55,408 nt of DNA from Spirochaetota bacterium (GTDB lineage: Bacteria > Spirochaetota > UBA4802 > UBA5550), in contig JBBRFT010000002.1 of NCBI GenBank assembly GCA_038241375.1, forward strand, positions 1 to 55,408, in the 5' to 3' direction. The position numbers and the translations under genes are program-made. Below the pieces are notes generated by a model, which was not told the DNA's origin, made no database searches, and saw only the letters and a program-made list of their open reading frames with translations. This document shows positions 37,899 through 48,154 of the stretch, in pieces; positions within the stretch are counted from its first letter, which is position 1; each line of letters opens with the position of its first letter.

Positions 37899-38159
37899 AT
37901 AGATTGCCCTGTTGAACTTCCTAAGTGGCGATGCTTTTAACCCCTTAGAACATTATATTATTCAAACCGCAATAACAGAAACTCACAAACAAATAATTCT
38001 TGAAAAAAAACCTCGTATTCCTGACATATTACATTAATATCGCATTAATAAATTAAAAGGTAATTACTTAATAAACCGGTTGTAAATTATGTTTCCACCG
38101 CGCAGGAGAAACATAATTATCTAAGATTTTTAAGCAGTTAAATAAAAAAAGGTATTTTC

Positions 38160-40787
38160 ATGCATAAAGCAAAAGATTTACGCAGATCTTTCATAGATTT
38201 TTTTAAAGAAAACGGGCATAGAATTGTTCCGTCAAGCTCACTCATGCCTAAAGATGACCCTACACTGTTATTTACAACTGCCGGGATGGTACAGTTCAAA
38301 CCAATGTTTGCCGGTACAGTAGATCTTGAATATACCCGCGCCGCCTCCATTCAAAAATGTCTCCGCACAAGCGATCTTGAACAGGTTGGACGGACAAAGC
38401 GCCACCTTACACTTTTTGAAATGCTTGGAAACTTTTCATTCGGCGATTATTTCAAAACTGAAGCAATTGAATTTGCATGGGACTATTCCACAAACATAAT
38501 TAAATTCCCTAAAGAAAAACTCTGGGCAACAATCTACGAAGATGACAATGAAGCTCACGAAATATGGAATAAGAGAATCGGAATTCCTGCTGAACGAATT
38601 GTCAGACTCGGTAAAAAAGATAACTTCTGGGGACCGGCAGGACTTACAGGTGCATGCGGCCCATGTTCCGAGCTCTACTACGATAGAGGAGATGAGTTCG
38701 GATGCGGTTCTGCTGACTGTAAACCAGGATGTGAATGTGACCGTTACCTTGAATACTGGAATCTTGTTTTCAATCAGTTTAACCAGGACGAAACCGGGGC
38801 GCTGAATCCACTCCCCCGTACAGGAATCGATACAGGTATGGGACTTGAAAGACTAACCACTCTTGTCCAGGGAGTAGATTCTGTATTTGAAACAGATGAG
38901 CTTAAATCTCTCATTGAATTTGTAAGCCGTGAATCAGGCAAAAAATATGAAGGGAACAACACTCTCCCTATAAAAGTAATAGTTGAACATGCAAGAACTT
39001 TAACATTCGCAATGTCCGACGGAATCTATCCCTCTAATGATGGACGGGGATACGTCCTGAGAAGAGTACTCCGCCGGGCACTTCGTTACAGCAGATTTCT
39101 TGGATTGAAAGAACCATTCGTATACAAAGTCGTCGATCCTATAGTCAACATCATGGGTGAGTTTTACCCTGAAATTATCGGCAGTGCGTCAAACGTTAAA
39201 AGCGTAATCGAATCTGAAGAGAGGAGATTCCTCGAAACAATTGAAAACGGTATGGACAGACTCGATGAAATTGTTAAATCAGTTAAAAAAAGCGGCAACA
39301 AAACCATCTCCGGTAATGACGCATTTGTTCTTTACGATACATTCGGATTTCCTCTTGAGATGACAACTGAAATGGCCATCGAGCAGAAACTAACCGTTGA
39401 CACTGAAGGCTTCAACGCCGAAATGTCCAAACAGCGTGAACGTGGAAAGCAGAGCTGGAAAGGAAGCGACCTTGGACTCGATACAGTATATGATGAAATT
39501 ATCTCTTCTTGCGGAAACACTGAATTTCTCGGATACAACTCTGAGTCTGCAGAAGGTAAAATACTCGCGCTATACAAAGAGACTTCGAAAACTGAAACTC
39601 TCTCCGCCGGTGACCGGGGACTTATAGTCCTTGACCGTACACCATTTTACGGTGAATCAGGGGGACAGGTCGGAGACAAGGGCCAGATTATCTGCGGCAG
39701 TTCGGTCTTCACAGTTGAAGATACCAAGAAGCATAATAAAACAATCATTCACATCGGAACTGTTAGCTCTGGGACATTCAAAACTGATGATAAAGTTGAA
39801 GCAAAAATTGATATAGTAAACAGAAATCTCATCCGGGCAAATCATACAGCCACTCACCTCCTCCAGGCCGCACTGAGAAAAACTCTTGGTGAGCATGTAA
39901 AACAAGCCGGTTCAGTTGTTGATCCGGAAAAACTCCGTTTCGATTTTTCACACTTCAACTCACTTACAAATCATGAACTCACTCAGATTGAAGAATCGGT
40001 TAATGAAGTTATCTGGGAGAATGTAGAAGTAACAACTGAAATAATGAATATAAACGATGCCGTCAAAAAAGGCGCAATGGCCGTATTTGATGAAAAGTAT
40101 GAAGAGACTGTCCGTGTACTTGAAGTCCCCGGTTTCAGCATGGAACTCTGCGGAGGCACTCATGTTAATAATACAGGTAAAATCGGACTCTTCAAAATTC
40201 TGAAAGAGAGTTCACCCGGTGCCGGAATCAGACGAATTGAAGCAGTAACTCTAAAAGGACTGCTCGACAGATTCAATGAACAGAATAAAATTGTTTCTGA
40301 ACTCAGCGGAAACATAAACATACCGGAATCCGGCCTTGTAAAAAAAGTCGAAGAAATTATGGGGAGATACAAATCCCTTGAGAAAGAAATTGATAAGATA
40401 AAAAAATCATCCCTCTCATCAGATCTTGACGGAATCATCGCTTCGGGAAAAGAAGTAAACGGTGTAAAAATAATATCCAGAACATTTAAAGATATGGATG
40501 TAGAAACACTTCGGGGACTTTCAGACTCAATAAGAGAGAGAGTTCAGAACTCATTAGTATGTTTCGGTTCCGACAACGAAGGGAAAGCAATGCTTCTCTA
40601 TGCGGCTACTAATAAAGCAGTAGAGAAAGGGATCGACTGCGGTAAACTCGTTAAAGAGACAGTCGGTATTGTCGGCGGAGGCGGCGGCGGCAGAAAAGAT
40701 ATGGCGCAGGCCGGCGGAAAAGATGCTGCTAATCTTGAGAAGGCTGTGGAAGAAGCGGTTAAACTTGCAGAGAAGATGGTGGGATAA
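38160..40787 (+). CDS. alaS: Alanine--tRNA ligase
   Basis: 875 aa. FEMLGNFSFGDYFK, the editing-domain HTATHLL and CGGTHV, and the C-terminal GGGGGGR. Confidence 0.97.
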   Translation: MHKAKDLRRSFIDFFKENGHRIVPSSSLMPKDDPTLLFTTAGMVQFKPMFAGTVDLEYTRAASIQKCLRTSDLEQVGRTKRHLTLFEMLGNFSFGDYFKTEAIEFAWDYSTNIIKFPKEKLWATIYEDDNEAHEIWNKRIGIPAERIVRLGKKDNFWGPAGLTGACGPCSELYYDRGDEFGCGSADCKPGCECDRYLEYWNLVFNQFNQDETGALNPLPRTGIDTGMGLERLTTLVQGVDSVFETDELKSLIEFVSRESGKKYEGNNTLPIKVIVEHARTLTFAMSDGIYPSNDGRGYVLRRVLRRALRYSRFLGLKEPFVYKVVDPIVNIMGEFYPEIIGSASNVKSVIESEERRFLETIENGMDRLDEIVKSVKKSGNKTISGNDAFVLYDTFGFPLEMTTEMAIEQKLTVDTEGFNAEMSKQRERGKQSWKGSDLGLDTVYDEIISSCGNTEFLGYNSESAEGKILALYKETSKTETLSAGDRGLIVLDRTPFYGESGGQVGDKGQIICGSSVFTVEDTKKHNKTIIHIGTVSSGTFKTDDKVEAKIDIVNRNLIRANHTATHLLQAALRKTLGEHVKQAGSVVDPEKLRFDFSHFNSLTNHELTQIEESVNEVIWENVEVTTEIMNINDAVKKGAMAVFDEKYEETVRVLEVPGFSMELCGGTHVNNTGKIGLFKILKESSPGAGIRRIEAVTLKGLLDRFNEQNKIVSELSGNINIPESGLVKKVEEIMGRYKSLEKEIDKIKKSSLSSDLDGIIASGKEVNGVKIISRTFKDMDVETLRGLSDSIRERVQNSLVCFGSDNEGKAMLLYAATNKAVEKGIDCGKLVKETVGIVGGGGGGRKDMAQAGGKDAANLEKAVEEAVKLAEKMVG

Positions 40788-40809
40788 TCCCCCTCTGCCC
40801 TGACGGGCA

Positions 40810-40887
40810 TCTTCCCCAGAAAAGATGGGGAAGAGTTGTACTACAAAATTTTATATCTCACCCCTTCCCCATCTTTTCTGGGGAAGG
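40810..40887. repeat. Inverted pair of 25-nt hairpin units between convergent alaS and guaA
   Basis: tcttccccagaaaagatggggaaga (40810-40834) and ccttccccatcttttctggggaagg (40863-40887). The second is the reverse complement of the first at 23/25 positions. Each unit forms a 9-bp hairpin. Confidence 0.8.
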
Positions 40888-40909
40888 TGGCCAAAGGCCG
40901 GATGGGGAG

Positions 40910-42475
40910 CTACTCCCACTCAATAGTCGAAGGCGGCTTCGAAGATATATCATAAACCACTCGATTTATCCCCTTCACCTCATTTATAATTCTATTCGAT
41001 ACACGCCTCAAAAGATCTTCCGGCAGATAAGCCCAGTCTGCTGTCATTGCATCCACTGAAGTAACTCCACGGATTGCAATAACGTTTTCGTAAGTTCTCT
41101 TATCTCCCATAACACCGACAGATTTTACCGGAAGAAAAACTGCAAATATCTGCCAGAGTTTATTATATAGTCCCGCATCTCTAATTTCAGTTATAAGAAT
41201 CTCATCTGCTTCCTGTAAAGTGGCAATTCTTTCCGGAGTAACATCCCCCACTATACGTATCGCAAGTCCCGGACCCGGGAAAGGGTGCCTGTGAATCAGT
41301 TCCTCAGCCATACCAAGCTTAACTCCAAGTTCCCTTACCTCATCCTTGAATAACTCCTTCAGAGGTTCAACAACCTTCCCTGACTTAATGAGTTTCAGAA
41401 TTTCAGGGACTCTGTTATGATGACTCTTTATTGTATCGGACGGCCCCTTCGTTGAAACAGACTCAATTACATCGGGATAAAGTGTGCCCTGTGCAAGAAA
41501 GTCAAACTTCCCTATTTTTTTAGCCTCTTCCATGAATACAGCAACAAATTCTTTACCTATAATTTTTCTCTTCTTCTCGGGATCTTCTACTTTTTTTAAT
41601 TTATCAAGAAATCTCTTAGACGCATCAACATAGATAAGATTAAGCTTCATATTTTTCTGATATCTATCAACAACTTTCTTCGCTTCATCTTTGCGGAGAA
41701 CCCCGTTGTTAACAAACACACAGTAGAGCCTGTCGCCAATCGCCTTATGTAAAAGTTCAGCCGTTACAGAAGAATCCACTCCGCCGGATAGACCCAGAAG
41801 AACAGTCCCGTCACCTACATCTTTTCTGATAGTTGCAATTGATGACTCGATAAAAGAATCCATTGTCCATGTGGGCTTAAGCTTACATATTCCAAATACA
41901 AAATTGCTTAAAAACTTTGTCCCGTTAGTTGTATGATAAACTTCCGGATGAAACTGAACACCATATACCCTTTTCTCTTTATTCTCAATTGCCGCAATCT
42001 CGGCATTTTCAGATGAAGCTATAACTTTAAAACCTTCCGGCATCTTTACAACTTTATCTCCATGACTCATCCAGACCTGTTCTTTAGGTTTGAAACCTTT
42101 GAACAGATCCGATTTCTCCTTCTGTGTAATAAATGCACGGCCGTACTCTCTGGAACTTGCACCTGCACTTTTTCCTTTAAAAGCATGGACAACAAGATAG
42201 AGGCCATAGCAGATACCAAGCACCGGAACACCTAGTTTAAATATCTCATCTGAAACCTGCGGAGCACCCTTCTCATCAATTGATGACGGTCCGCCGGAAA
42301 GAATTATCGCAGAGGGTTTCTCTTTCTTTATATCATCCATGGATGTATGAAACGGTACAATCTCCGCATAGACTTTCAATTCCCGGATCTTTCGTGCAAT
42401 AAGCTGAGTATATTGTGAACCGAAATCGAGAATTAAAACTCTCTCTTCCGGAATTTCTGCATTATGTTTTATCAT
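40910..42475 (-). CDS. guaA: GMP synthase (glutamine-hydrolysing)
   Basis: 521 aa. GATase GICYG, ATP-PPase SGGVDSS, C-terminal PPSTIEWE. Confidence 0.97.
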   Translation of the reverse strand: MIKHNAEIPEERVLILDFGSQYTQLIARKIRELKVYAEIVPFHTSMDDIKKEKPSAIILSGGPSSIDEKGAPQVSDEIFKLGVPVLGICYGLYLVVHAFKGKSAGASSREYGRAFITQKEKSDLFKGFKPKEQVWMSHGDKVVKMPEGFKVIASSENAEIAAIENKEKRVYGVQFHPEVYHTTNGTKFLSNFVFGICKLKPTWTMDSFIESSIATIRKDVGDGTVLLGLSGGVDSSVTAELLHKAIGDRLYCVFVNNGVLRKDEAKKVVDRYQKNMKLNLIYVDASKRFLDKLKKVEDPEKKRKIIGKEFVAVFMEEAKKIGKFDFLAQGTLYPDVIESVSTKGPSDTIKSHHNRVPEILKLIKSGKVVEPLKELFKDEVRELGVKLGMAEELIHRHPFPGPGLAIRIVGDVTPERIATLQEADEILITEIRDAGLYNKLWQIFAVFLPVKSVGVMGDKRTYENVIAIRGVTSVDAMTADWAYLPEDLLRRVSNRIINEVKGINRVVYDISSKPPSTIEWE

Positions 42476-43002
42476 TATTTCCCCTCTAACTTATCTATAT
42501 AGTTCATCAGACCCATCTCTTTGATACTATTGTTTTTCTCGGTGATTTTTGTCTCCATCTTTTTCCTGTAATTTACCAGTTTTTCAGTAATCCCTTTATC
42601 ACTAACAGCCAGTATACTTATGGCAAACAATGCCGCATTAGCCCCGCCCGATTTCCCAGCAGGCATAGTTGCAACAGGTATTCCCGCAGGCATCTGTAAT
42701 ATAGAAAGTATTGAATCAAGGCCCCCTGCGATTTTTGTCTCAACAGGAACACCAAGCACCGGGAGAACCGTCTGAGCAGCAACCACACCTGGAAGATGCG
42801 CCGCACCACCTGCAACAGCAATAATAACTTTTAATCCTCTGTCAGACGCGCTCTGAACCCATTCAACTGTTTTTTCAGGGGATCTATGAGCTGACGAAAC
42901 TATCACTTCATAATCAATTGCAAACTGATCAAGAATTTCAAAACAATCCCTCACCTTTGGGAGATCCGAATCACTGCCAAGAATCACACCAACTGCCGCC
43001 AT
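42475..43002 (-). CDS. purE: 5-(carboxyamino)imidazole ribonucleotide mutase PurE
   Basis: 175 aa. GSDSDL, SAHRSP and [10 protein letters not shown]. Its stop overlaps the guaA start by 1 nt. Confidence 0.92.
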   Translation of the reverse strand: MAAVGVILGSDSDLPKVRDCFEILDQFAIDYEVIVSSAHRSPEKTVEWVQSASDRGLKVIIAVAGGAAHLPGVVAAQTVLPVLGVPVETKIAGGLDSILSILQMPAGIPVATMPAGKSGGANAALFAISILAVSDKGITEKLVNYRKKMETKITEKNNSIKEMGLMNYIDKLEGK

Positions 43003-43297
43003 ATTACACCTCGCTTATTATGTTTATAGTTCTATTGCTTCTGCATCATATTAGAAAATCTGAAACAAACATTCCTGTAAATATAGAACAAGGGACCTCG
43101 ACTCCCTGTTCAAAGATATAGATAATTCTTACATAATCAGGATAACCTTTTGTCAATATTAATCATTTATTTCAAAAAATAATGCAATAAATTTACAAAT
43201 TTTTACTCCGGATTAAAGATATGTATATTCAATTTTTGGTAACTCATAAGTAAGTTGCATAATTTTATTAAGTTTAGCCTTTCCTTGTAAATTATTT

Positions 43298-43320
43298 TCC
43301 TGCCGCCAAAGGCGACGGGA
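43298..43320. repeat. Degenerate copy of the GCCGCC-loop-GGCGGC palindrome
   Basis: tcctgccgcc-aaa-ggcgacggga (one mismatch, one G-T). Confidence 0.5.
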
Positions 43321-43354
43321 TTTATAACTGCCCATAAAACAGTGATAAAATTTT

Positions 43355-43382
43355 TCTCCCCCACGTCGAAGAAGCGGCGGAG
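43355..43382. repeat. Degenerate copy of the palindrome seen at 14870-14900
   Basis: tctcccccacgtcgaagaagcggcggag versus tctccgccgcgccgaaggcgcggcggag. Confidence 0.5.
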
Positions 43383-43443
43383 TTATAATGCCTCCAGTTT
43401 TTGATAAGTCCCAAATTTTGAAATAATATATTTTTGAATATAC

Positions 43444-43472
43444 TTGACATTTTTACAGAGTTTATTTAGATT
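43444..43472 (+). promoter_or_regulatory. Sigma-70-like promoter of the beta-barrel protein gene
   Basis: TTGACA, 17-nt spacer, TAGATT. AAAGGAG lies 6 nt upstream of the ATG at 43503. Confidence 0.55.
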
Positions 43473-43502
43473 ATTAAAATATTAATTTAAAGGAGCTTTC
43501 AA

Positions 43503-44099
43503 ATGAAAAAAATATTATTAGCAGCATTGTTTATGTTAACTTTCTCTATTTCAGTTTTTGCATTAGGATCAACCCTTGATGTGAAAGGTGGAATACAATA
43601 TCCTAATGATGTAGAAAAAGTCGGATTCGATTCAGCAGCAACGTTGAATATCGGTGTAGATAAATATTTCGCCCTTGGTATTGAATCTGGTTTCGGATGG
43701 ATAAAATGGACAGATAAAGACTCTGCATTTTCTGCAGGAAAAATTGATTTAGCCAAGGTTGAAAAAACAAATTTATACTATCTTCCCCTACTTGCAGTTG
43801 CTACAGTAAAATTTTCAGATTTTATGGAGAGTGACGGAATAATGCCTTACGTCTCAGTTGGAGCAGGTTATTCATGGACATGGTACCGTAATCCTGATTT
43901 CAATGACAGATTCGAAGGTTTTACATGGCAGGCAGTTGCCGGATTAGCATTTAAACTCGGTTCAGATTCAAATCTGACATTAATTTTTGAAGGCGGATAT
44001 AGAGGAGCAGACGTACAGGATAAAGATGATTATGCTCTTAATATGTCAGGACCTATTGGAAGAATAGGAGTTAGTTTTCCTATCGAACCAACCGAATAA
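43503..44099 (+). CDS. Outer-membrane beta-barrel (OmpW/opacity-porin-like) protein
   Basis: 198 aa. Signal peptide MKKILLAALFMLTFSISVFA. Alternating hydrophobic beta-strand pattern with aromatic girdles. Confidence 0.55.
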   Translation: MKKILLAALFMLTFSISVFALGSTLDVKGGIQYPNDVEKVGFDSAATLNIGVDKYFALGIESGFGWIKWTDKDSAFSAGKIDLAKVEKTNLYYLPLLAVATVKFSDFMESDGIMPYVSVGAGYSWTWYRNPDFNDRFEGFTWQAVAGLAFKLGSDSNLTLIFEGGYRGADVQDKDDYALNMSGPIGRIGVSFPIEPTE

Positions 44100-44118
44100 T
44101 TTGTAAGATTTATATAAT

Positions 44119-44148
44119 AAAAAATCCCGCCTTTCGGCGGGATTTTTT
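44119..44148. terminator. Bidirectional intrinsic terminator
   Basis: A-run, atcccgcc-tttc-ggcgggat, T6, between convergent genes. Confidence 0.85.
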
Positions 44149-44183
44149 GTATTCCCTATTTGAAAATAGTCGTCTGCTTTAAA

Positions 44184-45035
44184 TCAACCGCCAAGAAGCT
44201 GAAGAATGGTTCTTGTTTTCATATTTGCCTGAGCTAACATCGCAGTACCACTCTGCACAAGAACCTGATCTTTTGTTAAATCAACCATTGTTTCAGCCAT
44301 ATCGGCGTCTCTTATCCGACTTTCAGATGCTTGTATATTTTCATAGGCAGTCATTAGACCTCTTGTTGCATAGTCGAGTCTATTATAATATGCTCCAAGG
44401 TCCGCTCTCTGCTTCGAAATTTTTTGCAAAGCATCGTCGATCACACCAATTGTTCTGTTCGCGCTGTCAGCAGATGCCAGATCAGCGATAAAGGCGCCAC
44501 TTTTTTCCTTGAGGCCAAGACCGTTCGCAGTCATAGTACCAATATAAACACGCTCCCGCTGGTTCATATTTGCACCCATATGAAACCACATACTCGCTTT
44601 CGGACCTGCTTTAGAGAAATCTCCAAGAAGCAGTTTAAACTTGTTAAACTCCGCCTGAGATGCGATCCTGTCAACTTCGTCAACAAGAGCTGAAACTTCA
44701 ACCTGGATAAGCTGTCTATCCTGATCAGAGTAGATACCGTTTGAAGATTGTACGGCCATAACTCTGATCCTCTGAAGTATTTGAGTAGTCTGATTCAGAT
44801 AACCTTCAGTAGTCTGAACAAAAGACATTCCATCCTCAGTATTTCTCTCTGCCTGTCTTAATCCCTGAATCTGTGTTCTCATCTTTTCAGATACTGCAAG
44901 ACCTGAAGCATCATCACCGGCTTTATTGATCCTGAGGCCTGATGAAAGAGCTTCCATAGACTTGTTTGTATCCCACTGCTTGAACTTTAAAGATTTGTTT
45001 GCGTTAATCGCACTCATGTTATGATTGATAATCAT
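44184..45035 (-). CDS. flaB: Flagellar filament core flagellin FlaB (copy 2)
   Basis: 283 aa from the ATG at 45035, with AAGGAG 8 nt upstream. [12 protein letters not shown]..., [21 protein letters not shown] and a C-terminal [11 protein letters not shown]. The 22 upstream codons in the ORF track are judged non-coding. Confidence 0.93.
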   Translation of the reverse strand: MIINHNMSAINANKSLKFKQWDTNKSMEALSSGLRINKAGDDASGLAVSEKMRTQIQGLRQAERNTEDGMSFVQTTEGYLNQTTQILQRIRVMAVQSSNGIYSDQDRQLIQVEVSALVDEVDRIASQAEFNKFKLLLGDFSKAGPKASMWFHMGANMNQRERVYIGTMTANGLGLKEKSGAFIADLASADSANRTIGVIDDALQKISKQRADLGAYYNRLDYATRGLMTAYENIQASESRIRDADMAETMVDLTKDQVLVQSGTAMLAQANMKTRTILQLLGG

Positions 45036-45110
45036 ATTAAACACTCCTTGTTTAATTAGATGTTTAAAGTCCCTCCTACAGGACTCGAAACTGCCTGACA
45101 TCCCTGTCAG
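45036..45110 (-). promoter_or_regulatory. flaB copy-2 leader with GGA-in-loop hairpin plus GGA in the SD (CsrA-type architecture)
   Basis: The minus strand has ctgaca-GGGA-tgtcag (45095-45110), then gtAGGAGGGAc, then SD cAAGGAg. Confidence 0.45.
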
Positions 45111-45198
45111 ACATTTGATACCAGGTTTGTACTCATACTATAGGGAATACAGACGCCTTTATTACAGCGACCGTAGAAGATTAAAAAATTTAAGACCA

Positions 45199-45240
45199 CT
45201 CACCAGCCCCCGCACCTTAGGGGGTGCGGGGGCTGGTGAG
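45199..45240. repeat. Perfect 18-bp GC-rich hairpin between the two flaB genes
   Basis: ctcaccagcccccgcacc-ttaggg-ggtgcgggggctggtgag. Confidence 0.8.
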
Positions 45241-45300
45241 GAGTACTTTAACTCTCTACGCTCGCTATAACTTAGTTTTCAAAGACCTTTTTTTCTACAA

Positions 45301-45340
45301 AAAGGAAAACCCGGCCGGCTCTCCCAAGCCCGCCGGGTGT
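45301..45340 (-). terminator. Intrinsic terminator after flaB copy 1
   Basis: The minus strand reads acccggcgggcttgggagagccggccgggttttccttttt: a GC stem followed by a T-rich tract. Confidence 0.65.
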
Positions 45341-45364
45341 AAAAATAATGATAATAAACCATGT

Positions 45365-46210
45365 TTATCTAAGTAACTGGAGAATCCCCTGAGATTTAGA
45401 ATTCGCCTGAGCAAGCATCGCAGTACCACTCTGCACAAGAATCTGATTCTTAGTAAAATCAACCATAGTCTCTGCCATATCTGCGTCTCTAATACGGCTT
45501 TCAGATGATTGAATGTTTTCATATGCTGACATTAAGCCTTTAGCTGCATGCTCCATCCTGTTGTAGTATGCTCCTAAATCCGCTCTCTGCTTTGAAAGTA
45601 CATGTAGAGCATTGTCCATAACTCCGATGTTTCTATTCGCTTCACCAGCAGTGGAAAGTGTAATAGGATTACCTGTCATATTTTTCAAACCAAGAGCTTT
45701 TGCAGTCATTGTCTGAATAAATATTCTTTCTCTCTGATGCATGTTTGCTCCCATGTGTATCCACATAGATGCTGTAACACTTACTCTTGCGAAATCACCC
45801 TGAAGCAGATTCATTTTGTTAAATTCAGCCTGTGAAGCAATTCTATCTACTTCATCAACAAGCTGGGAAACTTCAACCTGAATAAGCTGTCTGTCTTCAA
45901 GAGAATAGATACCATTTGAAGACTGAACTGCAAGAACTCTGACTCTCTGAATGATGCTTGATACTTCATCAAGGTATCCTTCAGTTGTTTGAACAAGAGA
46001 CATACCATCTTCAGTATTTCTTTCTGCCTGTCTTAGTCCCTGAACCTGAGTTCTCATTTTTTCTGAAACTGCAAGACCTGATGCATCATCTCCGGCTTTG
46101 TTAATTCTTAAACCAGAAGAAAGTTTTTCCATATCTGAGCTTACTTTCCAGTTTTGAAATTTTAAAGCCCTGTTGGTATTAATCGCGGACATATTGTGGT
46201 TAATAATCAT
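45365..46210 (-). CDS. flaB: Flagellar filament core flagellin FlaB (copy 1)
   Basis: 281 aa. [12 protein letters not shown]..., with the same conserved N- and C-terminal blocks as copy 2. Confidence 0.95.
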   Translation of the reverse strand: MIINHNMSAINTNRALKFQNWKVSSDMEKLSSGLRINKAGDDASGLAVSEKMRTQVQGLRQAERNTEDGMSLVQTTEGYLDEVSSIIQRVRVLAVQSSNGIYSLEDRQLIQVEVSQLVDEVDRIASQAEFNKMNLLQGDFARVSVTASMWIHMGANMHQRERIFIQTMTAKALGLKNMTGNPITLSTAGEANRNIGVMDNALHVLSKQRADLGAYYNRMEHAAKGLMSAYENIQSSESRIRDADMAETMVDFTKNQILVQSGTAMLAQANSKSQGILQLLR

Positions 46211-46280
46211 TTGATTCCTCCATGAATCATTGTTGTAAACCCGGCATCCTTGCCTGGTGTGTCAGTGTGGATCTCCTGAC
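46211..46280 (-). promoter_or_regulatory. flaB copy-1 leader with GGA-in-loop hairpins plus GGA in the SD (CsrA-type architecture)
   Basis: The minus strand has gtcag-GAGATCCACA-ctgac (46261-46280), ggca-AGGA-tgcc (46243-46254) and SD catGGAGGAatcaaATG. Confidence 0.5.
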
Positions 46281-46613
46281 TTTTATAGATTCGGGAGAAG
46301 GTCCTTTTTTATTAAGTCCAATAGGTCCTATTTAAAGGTGTTTTCGATCGTTTATAGCTGTTTATTATAGAATATGATATATACATACCCTAATACCTAT
46401 TTTTTTGGCATATTTCACCTTATTTATATATTCGGGATATGAGCCGGTTCCAGTTAGAAAAATAATTTCATTTGATTGAAATATTTGAGTAACAAATTTT
46501 TCTTGATTTTTTTAATACATGAAATGAACTAATAAGATAAGTTCTCTGTTTCTATCCATTTCCTCACCAGAATTTTTCAGCAGAGGGCAGTAAAAAAATA
46601 ACAGGAGATCAAA

Positions 46614-47372
46614 ATGATTAAAAAAGGTATTATTTTATCAATGATTGCAGCAATATCAGTACTTTGCATTTTTTCCGGATGCACAAAGGACAGCTCCACT
46701 GGGAAAAAAATTGTAATAGCAACTGACGCGACATGGCCTCCAATGGAATATATTGATGCTAACAAGAATATTGTAGGTTTTGACATCGATATGCTTAATG
46801 CTGCTGCAAAAGAGGCCGGATTTGAAGTTGAATTCAAAAATCAGGCATGGGATGGAATTTTCGCAGGTCTTGCAGCAGGAAAATACGATGCGGTTGTTTC
46901 TTCTGTAACTATTACAGAAGAAAGGAAAGGACAGATGGATTTTTCAGTACCGTATGTAAATGCAGGACAGATTCTTGTAGTAAAAAAAGAGCTTAACGGA
47001 ATGGAAAAGCTTGCTCAATTCGAAGGGAAAAAAGTCGGAGCTCAAATCGGAACTACAGGTGCAATTGAAATTAAAAAGAATCCGAAAATTACCGCAAAAG
47101 AGTATGACGAACTAGGCCTTGCAATGGAAGATCTTGCCAAGGGAAGAATAGATGCTATCGTTTGTGATTCACCAATAGCTGCAGATTTCGCACTTCAGAA
47201 TCCAAAGTATAAAACTATTCTAAAAATTGTCGGCCTGCCGTTCACAACAGAAGAGTATGGAGTTGCAGTAACAAAAGGGAACAAAGTAGTCCTTGACTTA
47301 ATCAACAAAGGACTTACTAAGGTTAAAGAAAAAGGGATAGATAAAGAGTTAGAGAAAAAGTGGCTAAGATAA
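46614..47372 (+). CDS. Polar amino-acid ABC transporter substrate-binding lipoprotein (family 3)
   Basis: 252 aa. Lipobox FSGC. ATDATWPPMEY, GFDIDM and WDGIFAGLAAGKYDAV. Confidence 0.88.
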   Translation: MIKKGIILSMIAAISVLCIFSGCTKDSSTGKKIVIATDATWPPMEYIDANKNIVGFDIDMLNAAAKEAGFEVEFKNQAWDGIFAGLAAGKYDAVVSSVTITEERKGQMDFSVPYVNAGQILVVKKELNGMEKLAQFEGKKVGAQIGTTGAIEIKKNPKITAKEYDELGLAMEDLAKGRIDAIVCDSPIAADFALQNPKYKTILKIVGLPFTTEEYGVAVTKGNKVVLDLINKGLTKVKEKGIDKELEKKWLR

Positions 47373-48154
47373 ATATAAAAACAAAGATAGAAATTACAGA
47401 TGGAGTGCTCATCCCGGGAAGGGATGACGCTTCCCTTTTTTCCGCATGGAGAATAGCATTCTACGGAGCAATATTTATGCTCATCTTACTTCCGGTTTTA
47501 TCTCCGAAACCGTATTGGGATCTGCTGAAATTTGTCCCCGACGGAATATTAAGAACATTTCAGGTTACCATATTATCAATATTTTTCGCATTGGTCATAG
47601 GTCTTATAATCGGATTGGGTAGAATATCCAGGAACGTATTTATAAATAGAATAAGTACTGTTTACGTAGAGGTAATAAGAGGAATTCCGCTTCTTGTTCA
47701 GCTGTTTTACATATACTATGCACTTGCAAAATTTGTAAGAATTTCAGATATAACATCTGCGGTCATAGCAATTGCAATCTGTTACGGTGCTTATATCAGT
47801 GAAATTTTCAGAGCAGGAATTCAATCAATACCAAAAGGTCAGATGGAAGCGGCCCTTGCACTTGGTTTCACAAGAACACAGGCTATTTTTCGTATAGTAC
47901 TTCCTCAGACTTTAAAAGTAGTTTTGCCTCCGATCGGTAATGAATTCATCGCGCTGCTGAAGGATTCTTCGCTTGTTTCGATTCTCGCGGTATCTGATCT
48001 TCTGCGGAGAGGTAGAGAATTTGCTTCAACATCTTTTGATTATTTTGAAACATACACGATGATTGCAATAATTTACTTAATTCTGACCCTGTTCTTTTCG
48101 AGACTGGTTGCAATAATGGAAGAGAGGATGAAAACTGATGCCAAGCAGAGTTAA
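47360..48154 (+). CDS. Amino-acid ABC transporter permease
   Basis: 264 aa with a GTG start overlapping the upstream gene. EAA loop [22 protein letters not shown]. Confidence 0.85.
   Translation: MAKINIKTKIEITDGVLIPGRDDASLFSAWRIAFYGAIFMLILLPVLSPKPYWDLLKFVPDGILRTFQVTILSIFFALVIGLIIGLGRISRNVFINRISTVYVEVIRGIPLLVQLFYIYYALAKFVRISDITSAVIAIAICYGAYISEIFRAGIQSIPKGQMEAALALGFTRTQAIFRIVLPQTLKVVLPPIGNEFIALLKDSSLVSILAVSDLLRRGREFASTSFDYFETYTMIAIIYLILTLFFSRLVAIMEERMKTDAKQS

Noticed and set aside
43003-43140. Possible purine riboswitch in the purE-guaA leader; there is an imperfect hairpin gaacagggag-tcgag-gtcccttgttc.
   Set aside because: I found none of the conserved purine-riboswitch junction or loop sequences (UAUAAU...GGAUAUGG...CUACC...GACUAUG).
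45036-45101. 22-codon N-terminal extension of flaB copy 2 in the ORF track ([22 protein letters not shown]).
   Set aside because: Flagellins of this family start at MIINHN. That ATG (45035) has AAGGAG 8 nt upstream. The extension overlaps the leader hairpins.
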